Part shown: piece after piece, positions 20,692 to 30,283 of the stretch
Layout: each line of letters opens with the position of its first letter
Position numbering within the stretch: the stretch's first letter is position 1
Assembly: GCA_963798485.1 (NCBI GenBank)
Contig: CAWCTR010000017.1
Coordinates: forward strand, 64,001 to 128,000
Length of the DNA: 64,000 nucleotides
Origin: an uncultured delta proteobacterium
Lineage (GTDB): Bacteria; Desulfobacterota; Desulfomonilia; UBA1062
Direction: 5' to 3'
Made by a program: the position numbers and the translations under genes
Notes under the pieces: generated by a model
Told to the model about the DNA's origin: nothing
What the model saw: only the letters and a program-made list of their open reading frames with translations
Database searches by the model: none

Positions 20692-23616
20692 ATGAGATAC
20701 ACAAAACGAACTAAAGATCATCTCATGATCGAATTGGCTGAAGCACGACAACTGATTTATGAATTAAAAAAATCAGCATCAGATCATAAAAGAATTGAAG
20801 AGGCAATCAAGGGGAGCGAAGAGCACTTTCGCAATCTTGTAGAGAATGCACACGATGTAATCTGGGTCTTTGATCTCACCCTAGGCTACACCTATGTTAG
20901 CCCATCAGTCACACGCCTAAGGGGATATAGTGTGGAAGAGGCTATGCAACAAAGGCTTGACCAAGTCCTGACGCCCGAGTCCTATAAGAAGGCCACGGAA
21001 ATGTTCGAGAGAGAGCGGGACCTGGAGATGAGCGAGCAGCGGCATGGCGCTGATTGGTCACTCACCTCTGAATTTGAAATGATCCACAAGGACGGTTCTA
21101 TTTTCTGGGTAGAAATCACCATGAATCCTCTCTTTGATGAGGCAGGTATGATCAAGGGTATTATGGGGATCACCCGTGACATTTCCGAGCGTAAGAGAGC
21201 TGAGGAAGCGCTGCGCAAGAGCGAGGCCAAGTACCGGTTTCTTACAGAAAACATGAACGACATCGTCTGGACGGCGGATCTGGATTTCAATGTCACCTAT
21301 GACAGTCCTGCAGTAGAAAGAGTCCTGGGGTTCACCGTGAACGAGCGCATGACACAGGAAGCCCAGAAGATGCTAACCCCTGATTCTTTTGCACAAGCGC
21401 TAGAAGTCCTGAGTGCAGAACTCAAGCGCGAGCAGGAAGAGGGTGTTGATCCAGATAGAACTATCAAACTGGAGCTGGAATATTATCACAAGAATGGTTC
21501 CACCATATGGATGGAATGTGTTGTGTCTGCAATACGGGACGATTCAGGCAAAATCATTGGGATACATGGGGTATCACGCGATATCACCGACCGTAGGCGT
21601 GCCGAATCTGCCATCAAGGAGAGCGAGAAACGCTTTCGTTCCCTCATTCAGAAATCTTTGGATATGATCATAATGCTGAACGCGGACGGGGTTATTACCT
21701 ATGAAACCCTATCCTTGGAGAGCATCCTCGGTTACCAACCTGGTTATCTTATTGGCAAGTCGCCATTTGAATTGATCCATCCCGATGATTTCGAAAGGGT
21801 TACAAACGATCTAAACGAAGTCTACCTGAAGACCAATCCCGGTATACCTACTGAATTCCGTTGTCGCAAGGCTGACGGCACCTGGGTTTACCTGGAGGCC
21901 CTTGGGCAGAACCTCCTGGATGAGCCTGCTGTCAATGGTATTGTAATAACTGCCCGTGACATCTCTGAGCGCAAACAGACCGAGGAGAAACTGCGGAGTT
22001 CGGAAGAATTATTTTCAAAGGCTTTTCATTTAAGCCCCAACCCCATGACAATTCTTTCCATGAAAGATATGAAATACCTGGATGTTAACGAGAGCTCCTT
22101 GAAATATAGTGGATACTCACGTGAAGAGCACATTGGACGTACTCCCCTGGATCAAGAAATATTTAATAAAGAGTTTATATTTAAGGGGATGCAGTTATTA
22201 CGTGAAAAGGGTGGATATCGTGACATGGAATTCTCATTCCATTCAAAAACAGGAGAGCTTCATGTAGGGCTCCTATCGGCAACCACCATAAATATCAATA
22301 ACGAACCCTGTATTTTGACCGTTACCCAAATCATCACTGACCGTAAGCAAATGGAAGAGGAGCTGAAGAGTCGCCGTGAGCAACTGGAAACCCTTGTTAA
22401 AGAACGTACTGCCGCGCTTTTGAAGGCCATTGAACAGATGGAAAAACAGATCGAAGAGCGCAAGCGGGCGGAGGAAGCATTGCGCACGAATGAAGAAATA
22501 TTCCGCATCCATTTCTCCCTCAGCAACGATGTCATGTACACAAGTGATGAAGAGTTGAGGGTCCTCAGTGTCACACCGAACGTGGAAAGGATCCTCGGAT
22601 ACAAGCCACAGGAACTGGTTGGGGAAACCTATCAGGAGACAAATGTACTCCATTCGGAAGACCTGGGAAGGGCCTTCGACGATGCTATGAACAAGCTATC
22701 CGGGGGAGCGAGCCGCAATCAGATTTACCGGTTCATCACGAAAGACGGGAAAACGAAATATGGTGAGGTGAGCAATGTGCCCCTCATAAAGAAAGGTCGT
22801 GGAACCACGTTGATCTCCGTGGCCAGGGATGTCACCGAGCGTGTTGAAAAAGAACAGGCCCTTCTCGAAACCCTGGATAGGTACCGTACCCATTTCTCAC
22901 TCACTGATGATGTCATGTTCTCCTTTGATCACAAGTTAAGGATCAAAAGTGTCTCACCGAACGTAGAGAAAGTCCTTGGGTACAAACCTGAGGAACTTAT
23001 TGGAAAACCCGTTCATAAACTTGGTGTGTTATCTCCTGAATACATGGATGAGGCACTTGATGAAGCTATGCATCTACTCTCAGGACAGACAAACAGTTCT
23101 TCCATCTACGAGTTCATAACTAAAGACGGAAATCGGAAATTTGGAGAGATAAGCAGCAGCCCCCTAAAACGGGATGGACGTGTGGTGGAAGTAATAACTG
23201 TTGCCAGGGAAATCACAGAAAGCATCAAGAAGGGGAAGTTGCTGCGAGAAACTGAAGATACAGCCCAGGCGCTGGTGAATGCATGCACAGATTTCATGGC
23301 ATTAATCGACATCACAGGAACCATAATTTATATAAACAAAGCGGCTTCAGAAAGATTGGGTAAAAGCATTAAGGAATTATTGGGGACCTGTATTTTCGAT
23401 AATCTGCCACAGGAGGTGGCGGATAGGAGAAAGATTTACTTTGAACAAGTCATTAGCTCGGGTAATCCGATACGCTTTGAAGATGAGAATCGAGGAAGAT
23501 TGATCCACAGTAGCTGGTTTCCAGTCTATAATGAACTGGGTAAGGTTACCAGAATTGCTATTCACACCGAGGACATCACAGAGCTCAAACAGGCCTTTTT
23601 CAAAGGCAAGATGTGA
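20692..23616 (+). CDS. Multi-PAS protein (7 PAS/PAC units), no output domain
   Basis: Seven units ending in RDISERK/DITDR/DVTER/EDITELK-type motifs; no H-box, GGDEF, EAL or AAA+ motif. Confidence 0.88.
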   Translation: MRYTKRTKDHLMIELAEARQLIYELKKSASDHKRIEEAIKGSEEHFRNLVENAHDVIWVFDLTLGYTYVSPSVTRLRGYSVEEAMQQRLDQVLTPESYKKATEMFERERDLEMSEQRHGADWSLTSEFEMIHKDGSIFWVEITMNPLFDEAGMIKGIMGITRDISERKRAEEALRKSEAKYRFLTENMNDIVWTADLDFNVTYDSPAVERVLGFTVNERMTQEAQKMLTPDSFAQALEVLSAELKREQEEGVDPDRTIKLELEYYHKNGSTIWMECVVSAIRDDSGKIIGIHGVSRDITDRRRAESAIKESEKRFRSLIQKSLDMIIMLNADGVITYETLSLESILGYQPGYLIGKSPFELIHPDDFERVTNDLNEVYLKTNPGIPTEFRCRKADGTWVYLEALGQNLLDEPAVNGIVITARDISERKQTEEKLRSSEELFSKAFHLSPNPMTILSMKDMKYLDVNESSLKYSGYSREEHIGRTPLDQEIFNKEFIFKGMQLLREKGGYRDMEFSFHSKTGELHVGLLSATTININNEPCILTVTQIITDRKQMEEELKSRREQLETLVKERTAALLKAIEQMEKQIEERKRAEEALRTNEEIFRIHFSLSNDVMYTSDEELRVLSVTPNVERILGYKPQELVGETYQETNVLHSEDLGRAFDDAMNKLSGGASRNQIYRFITKDGKTKYGEVSNVPLIKKGRGTTLISVARDVTERVEKEQALLETLDRYRTHFSLTDDVMFSFDHKLRIKSVSPNVEKVLGYKPEELIGKPVHKLGVLSPEYMDEALDEAMHLLSGQTNSSSIYEFITKDGNRKFGEISSSPLKRDGRVVEVITVAREITESIKKGKLLRETEDTAQALVNACTDFMALIDITGTIIYINKAASERLGKSIKELLGTCIFDNLPQEVADRRKIYFEQVISSGNPIRFEDENRGRLIHSSWFPVYNELGKVTRIAIHTEDITELKQAFFKGKM

Positions 23617-23788
23617 TAATAAGTTATATCTGCAATCCTTCATCCAGGTCCTATTTATTCAATGGGGAAAAACGCCGATTCGGCGTTTTTTGTAGAGACG
23701 CAAAGTTGTGGGTCATGCCTAACATCTCAAATAACCGGTCTATATACGTCCTAAGCAAGAGTTCGATCGTAACCTCACCCTTTGGATA

Positions 23789-24037
23789 GTGGAGCAAATC
23801 AAAACCAGTCCTGCGCGAATAAGGCGAAGTTATGTTGATGAGTACATGGGCACAACCTTCATCAATTGCCGGGTATACAAAAAGAATGATCAAGGGCAAT
23901 TGTTACCTACGGATAAAGGAATTGCCCTTAATGATTGGTGCATCGACAAAGTCATCGATGCCCTCATGAAGGCAAGGAAAGTATTGAGGAATAGCGATAG
24001 CCTTCAGAAGTTGGTTCCTGGATCAAAGGCGGATTAG
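23789..24037 (+). CDS. PC4/p15-like ssDNA-binding protein, possibly 5'-truncated
   Basis: VDEYMGTTFINCRVY....G..LPT.KGIAL....KVIDAL resembles PC4/YdbC; truncated copy at ~37209-37285. Confidence 0.6.
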   Translation: MEQIKTSPARIRRSYVDEYMGTTFINCRVYKKNDQGQLLPTDKGIALNDWCIDKVIDALMKARKVLRNSDSLQKLVPGSKAD

Positions 24038-24058
24038 GACCTACTAGCAGATGATTTG

Positions 24059-24424
24059 TTATTGGTCGGTATCTGAAGCCAATCTGCTTAGGGCAAGAAG
24101 TGATGCCTGGTCAAGATTCCTCATAGTGTTGATGAGCTTTTTAATCTCGCGGTTGTCCTGATCCATGAACTCGATGCCCATCCCTTTCCTGGGCGCACAG
24201 TGGACGACCTTACCTTCCACATAAATGACTTTTCCCTCGTCAACCACATCCAGGGTCATGCGTATGATCTCGCCGCATTCTAAAGTGTGAGAAGATTCAA
24301 TGTGTAGACCGCTGATGCCAATGTTTGTCACCGTGCCCTTCAGAATTTTTCTTTTGTAGTCCTGATATCTGGCCTCGATCTTTATTGGGTTCCTGGTATA
24401 ACGCCTTTTGTCTTTTACTTTCAT
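24059..24424 (-). CDS. PilZ domain protein
   Basis: RRYTR, NIGISG, GMGIEF motifs. Confidence 0.88.
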   Translation of the reverse strand: MKVKDKRRYTRNPIKIEARYQDYKRKILKGTVTNIGISGLHIESSHTLECGEIIRMTLDVVDEGKVIYVEGKVVHCAPRKGMGIEFMDQDNREIKKLINTMRNLDQASLLALSRLASDTDQ

Positions 24425-24729
24425 GCGTACACTTTTACCTGAATTCTATTATCACTTATGATTTTCGTCAGAACCCTTCCCATTCTTTAACAACATTTAT
24501 TTATAAGAGACTACAGAGTGACTTATGCAGTTTTTCTCATTTCTAACTTCTGTTGGATACAAATTCCTGATGATCCTACAGCCCTTGAATAAGATTCTCA
24601 CACTATGTTGGACAAGTGTAATAAAATGTCACAATTGGATGAAGCAGTGGCTACAAGGGTTTTGCAGGTTAAGTTATCGATCATATAATGCCGATAGGGC
24701 GATAATATACACTAAAGGAGATATAATTT

Positions 24730-25131
24730 ATGGCATTTGTGAGATACACTAAATCAATTAAAAGCTATTTACCAAAAATTTCTATATGGAAAAGAGGACA
24801 GATAGGCTTCAACCAAGGGGCAATTGCAAAATGCAATCTAATTGATTATAAATACGCAATACTTTTCTATGATGAGGATGAAAAGAAGATTGGTATACAA
24901 TTTACAAACGACCCATCTGAAAAAGGTGTCATTAAAATCGTAAAGGCTAAAACAGGGGTCTCTATATCGGCTAAAAGTTTTCTAGGTATATACGGATTAC
25001 TGCATGATAAAACTATTAACTACAATGTTTATTATGATGAAAATAACAAGTTATACATAATTGACCTCAAGGAAAAGGATCACGTACTATCCAATCTTTT
25101 AGATGTTCCACAAGAAGCTTTTCCCTCTTAA
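24730..25131 (+). CDS. Hypothetical protein
   Basis: 133 aa ORF with AAGGAG RBS. Confidence 0.7.
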   Translation: MAFVRYTKSIKSYLPKISIWKRGQIGFNQGAIAKCNLIDYKYAILFYDEDEKKIGIQFTNDPSEKGVIKIVKAKTGVSISAKSFLGIYGLLHDKTINYNVYYDENNKLYIIDLKEKDHVLSNLLDVPQEAFPS

Positions 25132-25500
25132 AATGATTAAAGGTTGATGTAAACTTGATTGATACATGGACTGAGAAGTAGCGGGGTGTCAGATAGTAAC
25201 AGGAAGAGATATTTTAGGGCTGCTTCTTTCTCTGGGGCATTAATACTTGTTCTTCTTAGGTAAGGTTTATTTGGAATGAGAGCAATAGCCATAGATTATA
25301 TTACGATATCTCTGGTAGAGGGCAAGGAGATGGGACCATTGAGTTATCGCAGGTATATTCAAGAGCGAGGCTACAGATCTAGGAACTGAGACAACTCTTC
25401 TGGAAAATCTTTTCCTAGGGGAATAGGAAATAATTTCCACTTTCCTCAACCCTGGGCAGTTCATATATTATAACTTGATAGAATTATATATGTTATTAAT

Positions 25501-25516
25501 TGGCACGCTCATTGCA
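25501..25516 (+). promoter_or_regulatory. Sigma-54 promoter of RHH gene
   Basis: TGGCACGCTCATTGCA matches the TGGCACG-N4-TTGC consensus. Confidence 0.78.
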
Positions 25517-25559
25517 TATTAAATATATAAATATATTAAACATGATGAAAGGATGAATT

Positions 25560-25799
25560 ATGGCAATTCGAGGAAGAAAACCACTAGATCTGAGAAACAA
25601 CGGTACGGATACAAAGCTTATAAAAAGGAATTATTATTTAGAAGAGCGACTTACAAAGGCTCTTACCGTTCTTTCCGCATTGACCGGAAAAGAGCTTTCT
25701 CTTCTCGTGAATGAGGCCATCGTTGAACTGGTTCATAAATATCAGCCGAAGACAGGTATCGACTTGCTCAACTTGGAAACAATAGAAAGAGAAAATTAA
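25560..25799 (+). CDS. RHH protein, copy 2
   Basis: Identical to 17490 except the last 4 residues. Confidence 0.8.
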   Translation: MAIRGRKPLDLRNNGTDTKLIKRNYYLEERLTKALTVLSALTGKELSLLVNEAIVELVHKYQPKTGIDLLNLETIEREN

Positions 25800-25961
25800 C
25801 CTGTACGCTTTGCCAATATTGAATATTTGTAACCGAAATCTTCGCTCTGCTATGATCCAGATGAGATATTGATATTTAAAAAGTGATCAAATAATCACTC
25901 CTCATCAAACACAGAGAACCAGCCTACACCATCCAGATGCAAGCTGGCTCTCTGCCTATTC

Positions 25962-26075
25962 CTACTTAACCATACCCAGTATCGTCCCACCGACCTTTTT
26001 AAGCTTGTAGCTGCTGTCCGCAGGCAGCCCGTTGAACTGGACAGCCTTTGTATAAGTGTTTATGACTTTGAACAT
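25962..26075 (-). CDS. 37 aa small protein (below ORF-track cutoff)
   Basis: MFKVINTYTKAVQFNGLPADSSYKLKKVGGTILGMVK; AAGGAG RBS; downstream hairpin ~25913-25953. Confidence 0.5.
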   Translation of the reverse strand: MFKVINTYTKAVQFNGLPADSSYKLKKVGGTILGMVK

Positions 26076-26357
26076 ATTATTCTCCTTCCGAATCTCTCGA
26101 TAGGATGAACGCTGACCTTATGGTTAATCCTTCAAGTCCAGGATTCCTGAAAAATTTGAAAATATCCTCAACCATGTTATCTCAATGGTTAATATATATG
26201 GATGTATGGTTTTATCTGAATGAATAGATGGAATGACCTGAGATGATTAGAAGATAGATATTTGCGTAGGGAGCTTCCATCCGGCTACTGGAAAGTTCAT
26301 GATTATCCCAAAACATCAGCTAGTTACGTTATCAAGATAAATTAATATAAAATATAC

Positions 26358-26386
26358 TTGACATTATTATATTATCAAGTTATATT
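26358..26386 (+). promoter_or_regulatory. Putative sigma-70 promoter
   Basis: TTGACA-17 bp-TATATT. Confidence 0.55.
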
Positions 26387-26544
26387 AATATAAAACATAG
26401 TCGGCATCGATTTGTTATTGTGAAATAATAATATAAAATATAGTTTACATCGACTTGTTATTGTGATATAAAGATTGATAGATGATATCAATGCTTATAG
26501 CATCTGAGATATATAACTATTATAATGAAAATAAATTATTAGTA

Positions 26545-26904
26545 TGAGGATTCTGGCCATGTCACTGAGATCAAAAGTACCATTTCATTGGTGGGTTTCT
26601 AGACAACCTTCAAAGAATGAGTCCTACTTTGCGGGGGACTCATTCTTCGAAGGTTTTATCGAAAAGAGGTGGTGCTTGTGTCTTTAGTTCAACAATTCAG
26701 CAAAAACTACAATGGTTATATATTTTTATATTGGTGTGAGGATTCTGGCGCCATGGCACTTGTTCAAGAGTACCATTTCATTGGTGGGTTTCTAGGCAAC
26801 CTTCAAGGAATGAGTCCTACTTTGCGGGGGACTCATTCTTTGAAGGTTTTGTAGAAAGGAGGTGGTGCTGGGGCCTTTAGTCCATTAATTCAGCAAAAAA
26901 TACA
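26545..26904 (+). ncRNA. Tandem pair (period 192 bp) of structured leader RNA motifs
   Basis: Copies 26545-26711 and 26737-26904; 20 bp inner hairpin plus 11 bp outer helix AGUACCAUUUC/GAGGUGGUGCU. Confidence 0.6.
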
Positions 26905-26994
26905 CATGATTCTTGACGGCAAAAGGGAAACTAGGACTGTAACGTAACAATTACTGATAGGTAAAATTACTGATAGGTAAAAGGAGCAAATGTC

Positions 26995-28269
26995 ATGAAG
27001 AGAGTATTTGTATTTCTGGCAATAATGATACTGCCCATGTCAATATGGGCAATGACCCCGGTTACAGATTATGATCTATCTAATGTAACCGGTCAGGCTG
27101 GCGTGAACATCAACCCTAACATCTCAATGAACATCTACATCGGAACTATGGCCTGGGGCGACTCAGATGGTATCACAGGTATTTACAACCCCTGGATAGT
27201 CCCTGCCAACTCTAGCGGTGGTTATATCGGGATAGCAAACTTCAACCTCAGCAACCTCACCATAGAAGAACGAATGGAGTCTACTGACAACTACGGCGGC
27301 TATAATACCATGATGGTGAAGCCGATCACCATCGACGTGGCGACCGTCAATGCCCCGTTGTCAGTAACCACCATTCCTTCTTGGGGTGGGGCTGTTACAA
27401 CTGAGAACTTGGCCTCTGGCACGACATTTGTCCGTTTCGGCCTTGGCGCTCTTGAGATATCAGTGGGATCGATGTCGTTTGATATCAATCTGTACAAACG
27501 CACCGGTCCAGTGGCAGCGACGGATGATATAAATACAGCGAGTGCACAGAACCTGGGCGATGTCGAGATTGGTTTGTTCTCTATGTACATCAATCCCTGG
27601 AGCTATGTAGACATTTACTCTGCCTCAGGTAATGTTGCAGGCAACACCTCAGGCGTACAGTTCGCTGTGAATGTAACCATTGACAAGCTCGACTTGACCT
27701 ATATTGGATGGAGTGACGAAGATGGTTTAACTAGCGGAGTAAACGCCACATCAGGACAAACTATTGGTAAGGTTACTGCCACAGACTGGATGAATGATAA
27801 AGCAGCTGGTTATATCGGACTCACCTCACTCAATGTTGGGTCCATCGCCATCAACGGGACAGTAGGCATTGATATTAACACCACCACGAAGGGTATCTAT
27901 GCCCAGCTCCCGATGATTCTAAGCGTAATTGGAACCCCGATTTCTCAATCAGCGTTCGAGAGTGCGCTCGCAACAGATGGGTTCTTCCAATACAATACTG
28001 CTGGGACAATAGTGAATGGTACGGCCCTGGGCACTTTAATGGGTCAACTTGGAATGGCTACTACAGCTAATCCTGTCACTGTGGTCCACATCTCCTTCCC
28101 GACCGAGTTCATGATTGATGTCGGCGGACCTGTCACAGCAGCAGTTCAGCTGTCTAATGCTTCTAACTTTGCAGCCGGTGCTGGAACGACAACCCTTGGT
28201 GACATCTATCTGTCACACTTCGGGTTTGATATTCATGCTGGTAGCTGGGTAGACATTTGGGCCCACTAA
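26995..28269 (+). CDS. Secreted DUF6160-like beta-rich protein
   Basis: Signal peptide, AMTPVTDYDLSNVTGQAG, WGDSDG, C-terminus GSWVDIWAH; AAGGAG RBS. Confidence 0.8.
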   Translation: MKRVFVFLAIMILPMSIWAMTPVTDYDLSNVTGQAGVNINPNISMNIYIGTMAWGDSDGITGIYNPWIVPANSSGGYIGIANFNLSNLTIEERMESTDNYGGYNTMMVKPITIDVATVNAPLSVTTIPSWGGAVTTENLASGTTFVRFGLGALEISVGSMSFDINLYKRTGPVAATDDINTASAQNLGDVEIGLFSMYINPWSYVDIYSASGNVAGNTSGVQFAVNVTIDKLDLTYIGWSDEDGLTSGVNATSGQTIGKVTATDWMNDKAAGYIGLTSLNVGSIAINGTVGIDINTTTKGIYAQLPMILSVIGTPISQSAFESALATDGFFQYNTAGTIVNGTALGTLMGQLGMATTANPVTVVHISFPTEFMIDVGGPVTAAVQLSNASNFAAGAGTTTLGDIYLSHFGFDIHAGSWVDIWAH

Positions 28270-28283
28270 TTTAGTCACTCTTG

Positions 28284-28320
28284 AGAAAGGAGGCCGGGTA
28301 AACCCCGGTTCTCCTTTCTT
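28284..28320 (+). terminator. Intrinsic terminator
   Basis: AGAAAGGAGGCCGGG-TAAAC-CCCGGTTCTCCTTTCT followed by Ts. Confidence 0.7.
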
Positions 28321-28922
28321 TCGAATGAATTGATATATGATATTTAAATCTGGCCTATAATTTAAACGATAATGTGATGCAAACCATATATGAAAGGTAT
28401 AAGATAGGTAGCCAGAATTGTAATGCTCAATTCATGGAGCTCGAGCCTCCAGAAAAGAGATGGGAGAGGGAAATGTCCCTCTTCTTTTTTTTATAAATAT
28501 GTATAAGAATATGAAGCATCAGCCTGACTGAATATCAGGTGAGTAGACGGGGTTCTCCTATGGCTGCGGGTTGAGATTTGTCTTCTCAGTTTCCGCCTGG
28601 ATTCCCGGCGGTGCCACAATCATCGGAGCAAACAAGAAGGTTATAATAGAAGCGTCGATAGATTCGTTCCCTCAATCTGTAGCGGCTATTAAAATGTACT
28701 TACCCTCTCTTAAGACAGATGTCTGGTTTTGTGCAAATGACCAAGCAAAGGTCAAGTTGAGCACAAAGAGCTTGGCATGCTTTCTATATGAGATCTTGTC
28801 TATACCCACCAAGGCAAACTGGCAATGAAAGACTCTCAAGGCTATTTGAAGTCTATGCAATACGACACCACACAAATCAGCACGTAATCAGTTCATTCTA
28901 TGGGAAGATCACTTCGCCACAA

Positions 28923-29130
28923 TAAGTTATTGTACTTGACATTAATATTGATTGCGTTATAATGATATATAATATACTGTGCTAAAAATACTATTCTGAT
29001 ATTATTATAAGGATATGTTCATGAGGTAAGTTATTGTACTTGACATTAATATTGATTGCGTTATAATAATATATTATACACTATGCTAAAAATTCTATTC
29101 TGATATTATTATAAGGATATATTCATGAGG
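28923..29130 (+). repeat. 104 bp tandem duplication containing a sigma-70-like promoter
   Basis: Units start 28923 and 29027; each has TTGACA-16-TATAAT and ends ATGAGG. Confidence 0.85.
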
Positions 29131-29979
29131 ACGGATAAGAGCACAAGAGATCAGCTTTTAGTCGAGCTTGAACGAGCCAACAGAAGAATAACAGAGCTGG
29201 AAAATTCAGCTCAGAAAACTTTGCAAAAATATGATGATCTCCTCCGTATCCACTTCTCACTATCTAACGATGTCATGTACTCTTATGATCACAGATATAC
29301 ATTGACGTATGTATCACCGAATGTTGAGCGAAGACTCGGCTATAAACCCGAAGATCTGATCGGTAGAAAAATTTATGATCTGCTGGAGATTCTAGACCCA
29401 TTAGATCATGATGATGTTATTGAAGATGCATCCCACGCACTTTCAGGACATACCATCCTGTCTTCCATCTACAGATTTATAGCTAAAGACGGATCAATGA
29501 AGTTTGGTGAGGTTAGTAGTGTTCCCCTTATTCGAGAAGGCAAGGTTGTTGCTGTCATTTCTGTAGCCAAAGAAGTAACAGGGCGGGCAGCAAATGAGAA
29601 GTCTCAGGATAAAAATATAAGGGATAAGATAAGCCACTTAAGTTATAGAGTGAGTCCACAGGTTTTTCTGGATACTGCTGGTATTGTATTAGACCTGAAT
29701 GAAGGAGCTGCCGAGATTTTTGGTAAGAGCATAAATGAATTGGTGGGCTCGTCAATATTTCATCACACATCGGAAAACTTGGCAAAAAAGAGAAAGCTCA
29801 ACTTTGATAGAATCAAATCATCAGGCCAATCAGACAGTTTCTTAGAAGAGTATGGGGGGAGAATGTTTTATAACACACTATCCCCTGTTTGTGATGAGAA
29901 GGGTAATGTTTCAAGGATTGAGTTCAATATTCAGGAGCTGAGCGGGAAAAGATTTACTCAAACAGACGCTACTCATTAA
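29125..29979 (+). CDS. Two-PAS protein, no output domain; paralog of 20692
   Basis: Shares RIHFSLSNDVMY, VSPNVE..LGYKPE.L.G, SIY.FI.KDG..K.GEVS with the C-terminal part of the 974 aa protein. Confidence 0.85.
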   Translation: MRTDKSTRDQLLVELERANRRITELENSAQKTLQKYDDLLRIHFSLSNDVMYSYDHRYTLTYVSPNVERRLGYKPEDLIGRKIYDLLEILDPLDHDDVIEDASHALSGHTILSSIYRFIAKDGSMKFGEVSSVPLIREGKVVAVISVAKEVTGRAANEKSQDKNIRDKISHLSYRVSPQVFLDTAGIVLDLNEGAAEIFGKSINELVGSSIFHHTSENLAKKRKLNFDRIKSSGQSDSFLEEYGGRMFYNTLSPVCDEKGNVSRIEFNIQELSGKRFTQTDATH

Positions 29980-30035
29980 TAATAGCGTCTTTGGTGCAGT
30001 GGATAAAATGTGCACCTAGCTATACAAGTTCCATT

Positions 30036-30237
30036 AAGTAGCAATTAATTTTTGTTCAATTTGAAACTTTCTGGCTAACCTTAAGTAAAGTAGCAATTAA
30101 TTTTTGTTCAATTTGAAACTTTCTGGCTAACCTTAAGTAAAGTAGCAATTAATTTTTGTTCAATTTGAAACTTTCTGGCTAACCTACTGAAGCATTTCAG
30201 TATTTTGATGTTCTGAAACTTTCTGGCTAACCTACTG
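30036..30237 (+). repeat. 52 bp tandem repeat (~3 copies plus a partial)
   Basis: Units start at 30036, 30088, 30140; partial TGAAACTTTCTGGCTAACCTACTG at 30214. Confidence 0.92.
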
Positions 30238-30283
30238 GAGTATTATAGTAGCTAAAAAGAATTTAAAAAGGAGAACATCACAA

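Noticed and set aside
26669-26854. 61 aa ORF or type I toxin behind the sequestered SD
   Set aside because: The frame is not kept in the second repeat copy (stop after a few codons), and SD spacing is poor
26915-26985. c-di-GMP-I riboswitch (GGCAAA...GAAA)
   Set aside because: I could not form the P2 stem, tetraloop receptor or second GCAAA element
30036-30237. CRISPR array
   Set aside because: Units are contiguous identical 52-mers without unique spacers, and there are no cas genes
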